Below are positions 56,764 through 64,000 of a DNA stretch of 64,000 nucleotides, in pieces. This DNA is from an uncultured Bacteroidota bacterium (GTDB lineage: Bacteria; CLD3; SB21). Location: positions 106,951-170,950 of the forward strand of contig CAZJBS010000006.1 in assembly GCA_964544475.1 (NCBI GenBank), written 5' to 3'. The translations under genes and the position numbers were made by a program. The notes below the pieces were generated by a model that worked only from the letters and a program-made list of their open reading frames with translations, was not told the origin of the DNA and searched no databases. Each line of letters starts with the position of its first letter. The stretch's first letter is position 1.

Positions 56764-58473
56764 TTACATATTCTTGTATACCGGTCCACCGCCGCCTTCC
56801 GGAGTGACCCATTGGATAACCTGATACGGATCGACAATATCACAGGTTTTGCAGTGTACGCAATTGGAGAAGTTGATGCGCAATGCGCTCTCTTTGCCGG
56901 CGTCGGGCTCAACCATCTCATATACCTGAGCGGGACAAAAATGCTGACAGGGATTGCCGTATTCCTCTTTGCAACGCGTGTTACAAATGTCGGCCACATC
57001 CTTTGGAAGAATCACCAGATGGCAGGGCTGATTCTCTTCGTGTTTGGTTCCCGAATAAAAGACATCCGTCAGTTTGGCAAAGGTCATTTTTTCGTCCGCC
57101 TTCACCTTGTCGATAACCTCGGGCTCCATGGATTTCTTCTTCATGTGGCGGTGGTCCGCCTCGACGGGAACTCGTTTTTTTGTGCCGCCACGGGTCACAT
57201 ATATCTGCAAGCCGGCTTTGATCATGCCCGAATAGAAACTACCGGTGAAATTCTGCCGCCAGTTGCGCACGCTCCATAGCTCCTTGAAGGCCCAGCTTTC
57301 GCGGAACCGTTCGTCGTATCGCCTGAGCTGGTCCCCGGTGAAATTATCTTTCTGTAATGCCTCGAAGGCCGTCTCCGCCGCCAGCATGCCGGATTTGATG
57401 GCCAGGTGAATACCTTTCAAGCGCGCAATATTCAGGAAACCGCCCGATTCTCCGATCAGCATGAGGCCATCCGCATACAGCTTTGGCATGGACCAGTAAC
57501 CTCCTTCCGATACGGTCTTAGCGCCATAACCCAGCATCTTGCCGCCTTCCAGATAGCCGCGAATCAACGGATGAGTTTTGAATAGCGTGAAAGCGCCGTG
57601 TGGATCAAATGTCGGATTGGCATAATCCAGCGCCGATACAAACCCGATCGAACACCAGGTGTCGGACATCATATACAGCCAGCTTCCCCCATAGTGGTTC
57701 GACTTCAACGGCCACCCTGCGGTGTGAACCACCTGCCCTTTCTTCAGACGTCCGGCCGGAATTTCCCAGATTTCTTTGACGCCTGTACCATAAACCTGCG
57801 GATTTCTGCCTTCGTCCAGTTTCAGTCTTGGCACGACCTGCTTTGTCAGACTGCCACGCGGACCTTCTCCCAGAATGGTCATTTTGGCGTGGATATCCAC
57901 ACCCGGTTCCATGTTGGCTTTTGGCTGGCCGTGATGATCGATCCCTTTGTCACCGGTCCGGATGCCGATGACGCGATGCCCGTCGTATAGAACCTCGCGG
58001 CCCGGAAACTCGGTGAAGACGTTGACCATGTCACCAAATTCAGATGCGATCTGGTCGGCCAGCCATTGCGTGACTTTGTTCAAGGAAATGACATAAGTGT
58101 CGTGATTGGCAAGGTTCGGTGGAATGATCGGAAATTTGAATTTCCCATTCTTTGACAGAAAATAAACAGACTCCGGGCCCGTTTTGCTCTCGATTGGGAA
58201 TCCTCTCTCAAGGAAATCCGGGATCAATTCGCGCATAGAGATGGGATCCAGAATGGCTCCACTGAGCATGTGGTCGCCGACATTCTTGGATTTCTCCAGA
58301 ATTCCTATGCCATTCTCCAATACGATCTTCCTGGTCTGGACAGAACCCTTGTCGACGGCCTCGTTGTGAGTCTGGACCAGCCTGGCGAGGTGATAGGCGC
58401 CGGCGAGCCCCGCGGGTCCCGCGCCCACAAAGAGCACATCCATTTCCATGACGTCGCGTTGAATTTCGCCCAT
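56764..58473 (-). CDS. Electron-transfer flavoprotein:ubiquinone oxidoreductase (ETF-QO)
   Basis: 569 aa. FAD fold MDVLFVGAGPAGLAGA. C-terminal 4Fe-4S ferredoxin-like CVHCKTCDIVDPYQVIQWVTPEGGGGPVY. Confidence 0.9.
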   Translation of the reverse strand: MGEIQRDVMEMDVLFVGAGPAGLAGAYHLARLVQTHNEAVDKGSVQTRKIVLENGIGILEKSKNVGDHMLSGAILDPISMRELIPDFLERGFPIESKTGPESVYFLSKNGKFKFPIIPPNLANHDTYVISLNKVTQWLADQIASEFGDMVNVFTEFPGREVLYDGHRVIGIRTGDKGIDHHGQPKANMEPGVDIHAKMTILGEGPRGSLTKQVVPRLKLDEGRNPQVYGTGVKEIWEIPAGRLKKGQVVHTAGWPLKSNHYGGSWLYMMSDTWCSIGFVSALDYANPTFDPHGAFTLFKTHPLIRGYLEGGKMLGYGAKTVSEGGYWSMPKLYADGLMLIGESGGFLNIARLKGIHLAIKSGMLAAETAFEALQKDNFTGDQLRRYDERFRESWAFKELWSVRNWRQNFTGSFYSGMIKAGLQIYVTRGGTKKRVPVEADHRHMKKKSMEPEVIDKVKADEKMTFAKLTDVFYSGTKHEENQPCHLVILPKDVADICNTRCKEEYGNPCQHFCPAQVYEMVEPDAGKESALRINFSNCVHCKTCDIVDPYQVIQWVTPEGGGGPVYKNM

Positions 58474-58727
58474 GTGGTAATTCCTGCAATGGTTGCTGCT
58501 TCTTGCGTCAATATACGCGTTTTCGGAATTCTTGGCAAATCAATAAACTCATGTGGACACGAACGGCTCAGATGAACGGCAGTTGGAGTCATCCAATAAC
58601 ATCCAATTTCGCGAAATATTGGCGGTACCACCTCGTTGTCGCCTTAGTTTTTTCATTTCTCCTGGTTATTTTTTTGTGTTTTTCCGGGCCCTTTATTACA
58701 TTGCACGACCATCAAATGGAGTTGCGT

Positions 58728-59918
58728 ATGATCAAACCCGCCCGACGCACCGAGGAAGTGACCTATGCCGTTCGTGATGTCGTCTTACTGGCCGACCAGG
58801 CGGCCAAGCGCGGCAAGGAAATGCTTTATCTCAATATCGGCGATCCCAACGTTTTTGATTTTCATACCCCTGATCACATTGTTGAAGCCGTTCATCAAGC
58901 CATGCGTGCCAATCGGAATGGTTATTCCCCTTCCTCCGGCATCAAAGAAGCGCTCACGGCAATAGAAAAGGAAACGGCAGCCAAGGGAATCCGGAATATC
59001 CGGGACATTTTCATCACAACGGGTGTCAGCGAAGGCATCGACCTGTGCCTGACGGCGCTTGTGAATGATGGGGAAAATATTCTGATCCCGACACCGGGCT
59101 ATCCGTTGTATACAGCCATCATCAAGAAACTCGGCGTGGTCGAGAATCCGTATTATCTGGATGAAAAGAACGGCTGGCAGCCCGATCCCGACGAAATAGC
59201 TTCCAGGATCAATGACAGGACACGCGCCATTGTCCTGATCAACCCGAACAATCCCACCGGTTCCGTGTGTTCACGCCCAATCCTCGAGCGGATTATTTCC
59301 ATCGCCCGCCAACATGATCTGATCATTTTTGCCGACGAGATATATGACAAACTCGTGCTGGATGGCCTGAAGCACGTGAGCATTGCTTCACTGGATCCCG
59401 ATGCCCCCGTCATCACCTTCAACGGCCTTTCCAAATCCTATATCGTTCCTGGCTTTCGGATCGGGTGGGGTGTCGTTTCGGGCAAGGCCGATATGGTCAG
59501 CGACTACGTGGAAGCCGTGAACAAACTTCTCCGCGCTCGCCTGTGCGCCAATCATCCCATGCAATATGCCATCAAACCCGCCCTGGAAGGTGAACAGACT
59601 CACCTGAAGAGTGTTCTCGACCGCCTGACACGACGACGCGATATCACGGCCAGAATGCTCAATTCCGTTCCCGAAATTTCATGCACGCCCCCCACAGGCG
59701 CTTTCTATGCATTTCCGTCCCTGCACATCAAAGCAACCGATGACGATTTCGTCAAGGCACTGATTGCCGAAACGGGTGTGGTTGTCGTGCCGGGCAGCGG
59801 CTTCGGACAGGTACCCGGCACCCGACATTTCAGGGTTGTATTCTTGCCCGAAGAAGACAAGTTGACCAGGGCTTACGAGCGCATCATCGATTTCGTGCAG
59901 ACGTTCAACCGGCGCTGA
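58728..59918 (+). CDS. PLP-dependent aminotransferase, class I (alanine aminotransferase AlaA-like)
   Basis: MIKPARRTEEVTYAVRDVVLLADQAAKRGKEMLYLNIGDPNVF... plus the SKSY PLP-lysine motif. Start chosen at the second ATG; the ORF-track extension to 58503 is rejected. Confidence 0.85.
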   Translation: MIKPARRTEEVTYAVRDVVLLADQAAKRGKEMLYLNIGDPNVFDFHTPDHIVEAVHQAMRANRNGYSPSSGIKEALTAIEKETAAKGIRNIRDIFITTGVSEGIDLCLTALVNDGENILIPTPGYPLYTAIIKKLGVVENPYYLDEKNGWQPDPDEIASRINDRTRAIVLINPNNPTGSVCSRPILERIISIARQHDLIIFADEIYDKLVLDGLKHVSIASLDPDAPVITFNGLSKSYIVPGFRIGWGVVSGKADMVSDYVEAVNKLLRARLCANHPMQYAIKPALEGEQTHLKSVLDRLTRRRDITARMLNSVPEISCTPPTGAFYAFPSLHIKATDDDFVKALIAETGVVVVPGSGFGQVPGTRHFRVVFLPEEDKLTRAYERIIDFVQTFNRR

Positions 59919-59920
59919 CG

Positions 59921-60499
59921 GTGGTCAAAAATGCCATTCAGTCACTGGCGGTTTTCAGCGGCTCCTCCGAAGGTCGTCGTCCAATCTATCGTGAGCATGC
60001 GGCTCAACTGGGCCGCCTCCTGGCTTCACGCAAGATACGTTTGATTTATGGTGGCGGAAGCGCCGGCCTGATGGGTGTTCTGGCCGGGGCCACGATGGAA
60101 GCGGGCGGTACCGTCGTCGGCGTCATTCCTCAACGCATTCAGGAAATGATCCCACCGATTCAACTCACCGAACTGATTGTCGTGGATAGCATGCATGTTC
60201 GGAAGGCGCGAATGTACGAACTCTCCGATGCTTTCGTTGCCATGCCCGGCGGTATCGGCACTGTCGAGGAGTTCTTCGAAGTTTACACATGGCAGCAATT
60301 GGGCTACCATTTGAAACCATTGGGCCTGCTCAATTCCGGAGGGTTCTTTGACCCATTATTGAAAACCCTCGATCACCTGGTCGAAGAGGGTTTCTTCAGA
60401 TCGACGCATCGGCAATCCTTGCTTGTGGCCAACGATCCGACGAATCTGCTGGACGCCATGTTGGCGCACCGAGTGCAGTATGTCCCCAAATACGGATAG
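59921..60499 (+). CDS. LOG-family protein (cytokinin riboside 5'-monophosphate phosphoribohydrolase family, TIGR00730)
   Basis: 192 aa with VFSGSSEG, GGGSAGLMG, and PGGIGTVEEFFE (PGGxGTxxE) motifs. GTG start. Confidence 0.85.
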   Translation: MVKNAIQSLAVFSGSSEGRRPIYREHAAQLGRLLASRKIRLIYGGGSAGLMGVLAGATMEAGGTVVGVIPQRIQEMIPPIQLTELIVVDSMHVRKARMYELSDAFVAMPGGIGTVEEFFEVYTWQQLGYHLKPLGLLNSGGFFDPLLKTLDHLVEEGFFRSTHRQSLLVANDPTNLLDAMLAHRVQYVPKYG

Positions 60500-60508
60500 C
60501 CAGACCGA

Positions 60509-61435
60509 TCACGGGCTCCCCTCCCACCGGTCATTCATGATTGCGGTGATTTCCGGCTCCCACTGGCCTGAGAACCACTTGATCCGGAGGTCCTTCCGAA
60601 ACCAGGTCCATTGCCGTTTGGCGTAATTTCGCGACCCTTGTTTGAATAGCTCAATCATCCGGCCTCGCGCCAACTGCCCTTTCAGATAAGCTATGATCTC
60701 GCGATAGCCCAGACTTTCCATGGAAACCAATGTTTCCGAATACCCGCGTCGCAACAGGTCTTCCGTCTCCTCAATCAGCCCGTCATGGATCATTCGATCC
60801 ACACGTTCTTCGATACGACGGTACAGAGCCGATCTCTCACAATCGAGGCCAACTAACAGCGGCTCGAAATCCAGTTTTGGAGGTGCGCTTTTTTGTAGCT
60901 CGGACAAGGGACATCCGGTGATTTGATAAACCTCAAGCGCACGCTCAATACGCCGGGCATCATTGGGGTGTATGCGCGCCGCGGCCTCCGGATCCAGTCC
61001 CTTCAGAGTTTCGTAGACCCGAACGCTCCCTTCCCGCTCGATACGCCGCCGGATGGCGTCGCGGATCGCATCATCTTTCATCGCCCCTTCAAAAAATCCA
61101 TCGGTCAATGAACGGACATACAACCCGGAACCGCCGACAACCACTATCCGTCGACTCTGGCTTAGCAACCCAGAAATCACCGCACGCGCCTCCAAACCGT
61201 ACCGGCCAGCATCGTAGGTCTCGTCGGGGTCGACGATGTCGACGAAGTGATGATGGATCTCTGCCAATTCGGCGCTGGTTGGTTTGGCGGTACCGATATT
61301 CATATAACGATAAATCTGTCGCGAATCCGCCGAGACAATTTCAGCGCCGAAACGTCGCGCCAGGGCCAGCGCCAGCGAGGATTTCCCGACGGCCGTCGGG
61401 CCCACGATGACCGGTATGATGGGTCGTTTGACCAT
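60509..61435 (-). CDS. miaA: tRNA dimethylallyltransferase (isopentenyl-tRNA transferase)
   Basis: Start at MVKRPIIPVIVGPTAVGKSSLA (P-loop). The rest is canonical MiaA. The ORF-track extension to 61597 is rejected. Confidence 0.9.
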   Translation of the reverse strand: MVKRPIIPVIVGPTAVGKSSLALALARRFGAEIVSADSRQIYRYMNIGTAKPTSAELAEIHHHFVDIVDPDETYDAGRYGLEARAVISGLLSQSRRIVVVGGSGLYVRSLTDGFFEGAMKDDAIRDAIRRRIEREGSVRVYETLKGLDPEAAARIHPNDARRIERALEVYQITGCPLSELQKSAPPKLDFEPLLVGLDCERSALYRRIEERVDRMIHDGLIEETEDLLRRGYSETLVSMESLGYREIIAYLKGQLARGRMIELFKQGSRNYAKRQWTWFRKDLRIKWFSGQWEPEITAIMNDRWEGSP

Positions 61436-61474
61436 ATCCCAATTTAGCAATATTCGTGAAAACGGAAAGACCTG

Positions 61475-61503
61475 TTGAAGCTCTGACACGATTTGCTTAG
61501 ATT
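61475..61503 (+). promoter_or_regulatory. Candidate sigma70 promoter for purF
   Basis: TTGAAG - 17 nt - TAGATT, about 30 nt upstream of an AAGGAAA RBS and the ATG at 61533. Confidence 0.4.
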
Positions 61504-61532
61504 CGGCGCAACTTTCGCAAAAGGAAATCGGC

Positions 61533-62942
61533 ATGTCAGAAGACATTCGCGAGGAATGCGGCATTTTTGGAATCTTCGGCCATCCCGAAGCCGCCAAGCT
61601 GACATACCTCGGCCTCTATTCACTTCAGCATCGTGGCCAGGAATCCACGGGTATCGTGTCATCCGACCGTCAGCGTTTGTTTCGTCATATCGGCATGGGT
61701 CTCGTTGGCGACGTCTTCGGCGATGCGAAAGTCCTCGACACACTCCCGGGCGACATGGCCATCGGACACAACCGGTATTCCACCACCGGCGGCAGCTATC
61801 TCCAGAATGCCCAACCATTGACAGCGATCATCAATACCGGCGAAATCGCCGCGGCCCACAACGGCAATCTGATTAATTACCATCTATTGCGACAGCAACT
61901 TCAGGACAATGGCGCCATACTCCAGGGCAATTCGGACACTGAAGTCATTCTGCATCTGGCGGCTCATTCCGGTATGCGTGTCGTTGAAGATCAACTGAAG
62001 TATGCGCTGACCCATATCAAGGGCGCCTATTCCCTGCTGTTACTCACAAAAGACAAACTTATCGCGGCCCGCGATCCGCACGGCATCCGCCCCCTTTGTT
62101 TCGGCAGACTGAATGGCGCCATCGTGATTGCCAGCGAATCCTGCGCTTTTGACATCATTGGCGCCGAATATGAGCGGGATGTGAATCCGGGAGAATTCAT
62201 CGTTGTCGATTCGGCCGGTTTTCACAGTGAGATGCTTTACAAAGAACGCCCAAAACCAGCTCATTGTATCTTCGAATTCGTATACTTTTCGAGGCCGGAT
62301 TCGAAAATCTTCGGAGAGAACGTCGACAAAGCCCGTCGCAAGCTGGGCAAGAATCTCGCCGAGGAAAGCCCAGTAGATGCCGACATTGTAATCAGCGTTC
62401 CGGATTCCAGCAACACCGCCGCCATCGGATACTCCAGGCGTACGAACATGAAATTCGAGCTGGGATTAATCCGCAATCACTATGTCGGACGGACATTTAT
62501 CCATCCCGTTCAGTCCATGCGTGATCTGCGGGCGCGCGTCAAATTCAACGCCGTCGAGGGCATTCTCAAAGGCCGCCGGGTGGTCGTCATCGACGATTCC
62601 ATCGTGCGCGGCACCACTTTGAAACCACTCGTCGCCATGATTCGAAAAGCGGGTGCATCCGAAGTGCACGTCCGTATCAGTTCGCCGCCTGTGGTTTCGC
62701 CGTGTTTTTATGGCATGGATTTCCCGACGCGCGAAGAACTCATCGCCAATCGCCTCACCAAAGAGGAAATCCGGCAATCCATCGAAGCGGACAGCCTCGA
62801 GTATCTGTCCATGGAAGGCCTGCTGTCCGCCGTTCCACATGGCGAGCACCACTACTGTGCCGCATGCTTCAGCGGGAACTATCCGCTACCGGTCGACGAG
62901 ACAACCGACAAACTCCAGTGCGAATTGCCCCTCAAGAATTGA
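61533..62942 (+). CDS. purF: Amidophosphoribosyltransferase (class II Ntn glutamine amidotransferase)
   Basis: MSEDIREECGIFGIFGH (short propeptide then catalytic Cys), PRTase domain, and a C-terminal 4Fe-4S Cys cluster (CFYGMDFPT...YCAACFSGNYP). Confidence 0.93.
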   Translation: MSEDIREECGIFGIFGHPEAAKLTYLGLYSLQHRGQESTGIVSSDRQRLFRHIGMGLVGDVFGDAKVLDTLPGDMAIGHNRYSTTGGSYLQNAQPLTAIINTGEIAAAHNGNLINYHLLRQQLQDNGAILQGNSDTEVILHLAAHSGMRVVEDQLKYALTHIKGAYSLLLLTKDKLIAARDPHGIRPLCFGRLNGAIVIASESCAFDIIGAEYERDVNPGEFIVVDSAGFHSEMLYKERPKPAHCIFEFVYFSRPDSKIFGENVDKARRKLGKNLAEESPVDADIVISVPDSSNTAAIGYSRRTNMKFELGLIRNHYVGRTFIHPVQSMRDLRARVKFNAVEGILKGRRVVVIDDSIVRGTTLKPLVAMIRKAGASEVHVRISSPPVVSPCFYGMDFPTREELIANRLTKEEIRQSIEADSLEYLSMEGLLSAVPHGEHHYCAACFSGNYPLPVDETTDKLQCELPLKN

Positions 62943-62947
62943 TTCGC

Positions 62948-64000
62948 CTACTCCACCCAATCCGCCACAAAAATATTCGTCTCTCCCCGCTTCTTTCCGA
63001 ATCGGTTTGACGCGAAGACCAGTCTCTTTCCATCCCGCGTGAACATTGGAAATCCGTCAAACGTGTCATTGAAAGTGACCTGCTCCAGGCCGGAACCGTC
63101 TTCGTGAATCGTGTACAGGTCAAAATTCCTGCCGTCCTTGCTGTTGACGTTGGAACTGAAGATGATTCGCCGCCCATCCGGGAAGAAGAACGGCGCAAAA
63201 CTGGCTTTTCCCAAATCGGTCACCTTGCGGATATTCTTGCCGTCGGCGTCCATGACATGAATCTCAAGAGCCGTCGGCCGTACGTAGCCGTTCTTGACGA
63301 GATCCTCGTAGTCTCGCAGTTCCTGTTCGGTCTTTGGCCGGCTGGCACGGAAAACGATTTTGGAGCCGTCCAAAGAAAAAAAGGCGCCGCCATCGTAGCC
63401 CTTTTCAAACGTCAGTCGTCTTTGATTGGATCCGTCGATATCCATCACGTACAACTCCGGATCGCCGTCACGCATCGACGTGAATACGATCTTGTCCCCT
63501 TTGGGAGACACCGTGGCTTCGGCATCGTATTTCCTGTTGTTCGTCACCATTCTCGGAGAACTTCCGTCGGCGTTCGCCATGAAGATTTCAAACTCGTCGT
63601 AGAGCTTCCAGACATAGCCCTTCGAACGATCCGGGGGCGCCATACAGCTGTCGCCATACGCATGCGTCGAGGCATACAGGATCATCGTATCGCCTGGCAG
63701 GTAGTAGGCGCATGTCGTACGACCTTTGCCTGTCGAAACCAGGGTCTTCGACGATCCGTCGAGATTCATCGTGAAGATCTGGTCGCACAATAAGTCCCCA
63801 TGGGTGGATTGGTACGTCAGCTTCGTTTCATCGAAGGAAAGGTAGGCCTCGGCATTTTCCCCGCCGTCGGTCAGTTGGCGGATATTCTTCAGGTGCTTTT
63901 CGCCGGCGAATACCATGGTATCGCTGTCCGGTCTGTTGGTTCCGGCTTCTTTCTTGGGGCCGCATCCCGGAAGAACCAGCGAACAAAGGGCTAATACCAG
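62948..64000 (-). CDS. TolB-like periplasmic beta-propeller protein (PD40/WD40-like repeats), probable lipoprotein; N-terminus lies beyond the window end
   Basis: Repeated ...DGS.IVF.S.R.G..ELY.MD.DGSN.RRLT motifs (PD40). The in-frame upstream sequence to the window edge encodes LVLALCSLVLPGCGPKK (lipobox). Confidence 0.7.
   Translation of the reverse strand: MVLALCSLVLPGCGPKKEAGTNRPDSDTMVFAGEKHLKNIRQLTDGGENAEAYLSFDETKLTYQSTHGDLLCDQIFTMNLDGSSKTLVSTGKGRTTCAYYLPGDTMILYASTHAYGDSCMAPPDRSKGYVWKLYDEFEIFMANADGSSPRMVTNNRKYDAEATVSPKGDKIVFTSMRDGDPELYVMDIDGSNQRRLTFEKGYDGGAFFSLDGSKIVFRASRPKTEQELRDYEDLVKNGYVRPTALEIHVMDADGKNIRKVTDLGKASFAPFFFPDGRRIIFSSNVNSKDGRNFDLYTIHEDGSGLEQVTFNDTFDGFPMFTRDGKRLVFASNRFGKKRGETNIFVADWVE

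Noticed and set aside
58503-58727. N-terminal extension of the aminotransferase ORF including a hydrophobic stretch
   Set aside because: The extension lies in the divergent promoter region and begins at a non-ATG codon. The aminotransferase family N-terminus aligns from the internal ATG.
63104-63793. 229-aa plus-strand ORF
   Set aside because: Antisense to the TolB-like beta-propeller gene.
1-64000. CRISPR arrays, integrases, transposases, prophage, rRNA or tRNA genes
   Set aside because: No spaced direct-repeat arrays, no recombinase-like ORFs, and no rRNA or tRNA signatures were seen. Apart from ffs, the window is a conventional chromosomal segment.

Overview
This is a dense, mostly housekeeping chromosomal window from a fairly GC-rich bacterium, with a few accessory-looking pieces and no clear mobile element. 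Three secreted proteins end in Por/T9SS type-A C-terminal sorting domains (NPFN..T.I.Y.LP ... K-terminal), while promoters look sigma-70-like (TTGACA/TATAAT) and several genes have AGGAG-type Shine-Dalgarno sites. That combination points to an FCB-group organism outside classical Bacteroidetes; this is an inference.

Gene content, 5' to 3':
- A HAMP-containing sensor (partial), a RodZ-like HTH protein and Maf.
- An acyl-CoA carboxyltransferase and a secreted beta-helix protein.
- glnE, with a 140-aa LexA-C-terminal/UmuD-like S24 peptidase that has no DNA-binding domain overlapping its stop.
- nadE, followed by a convergent ECF sigma / ZAS anti-sigma pair.
- An ileS-dksA/traR-lspA-trxA operon, then a YkgJ-family Cys-cluster protein.
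- A roughly 19-kb minus-strand block: cysteine desulfurase, alr, purine nucleoside phosphorylase, a hypothetical, a geranylgeranyl-reductase-family FAD enzyme, recR, dnaX and the SRP RNA gene ffs. ffs was not in the ORF track; I found it from its CCAGGUCCGGAAGGAAGCA domain-IV motif immediately upstream of dnaX.
- A contiguous minus-strand operon: triple-repeat membrane protein, basic hypothetical, miaB, mfd, SurA-like PPIase, and a secreted TPR-CHAT caspase-like protein.
- SRAP/YedK, a DUF4349 lipoprotein, a T9SS-targeted M1 aminopeptidase, a 1354-aa hybrid two-component regulator (beta-propeller, Y_Y_Y, HK, REC, AraC), and a large T9SS cargo protein (HAF repeats, FN3, NIDO-like).
- Acyl-CoA dehydrogenase, a PgpH-like 7TM-HD protein, ybeY, nadC, and an RpiB with an unusual N-terminal extension.
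- A minus-strand run of ETF-QO, a Gly-rich membrane protein, DoxX, a small acidic ORF, YbjQ, ribE and ribBA.
- An aminotransferase, a LOG-family protein convergent with miaA, purF, and a TolB-like lipoprotein (partial).

Most worth a second look:
- An A-run in dnaX at the tau/gamma-equivalent position, with stops immediately in both alternative frames.
- Matching 9-nt tandem direct repeats upstream of both the hybrid regulator and its downstream T9SS cargo gene.
- The headless LexA/UmuD-like peptidase.
- The triple-repeat membrane protein operon and the secreted TPR-CHAT protein.

I found no CRISPR array, integrase, transposase or tRNA gene.
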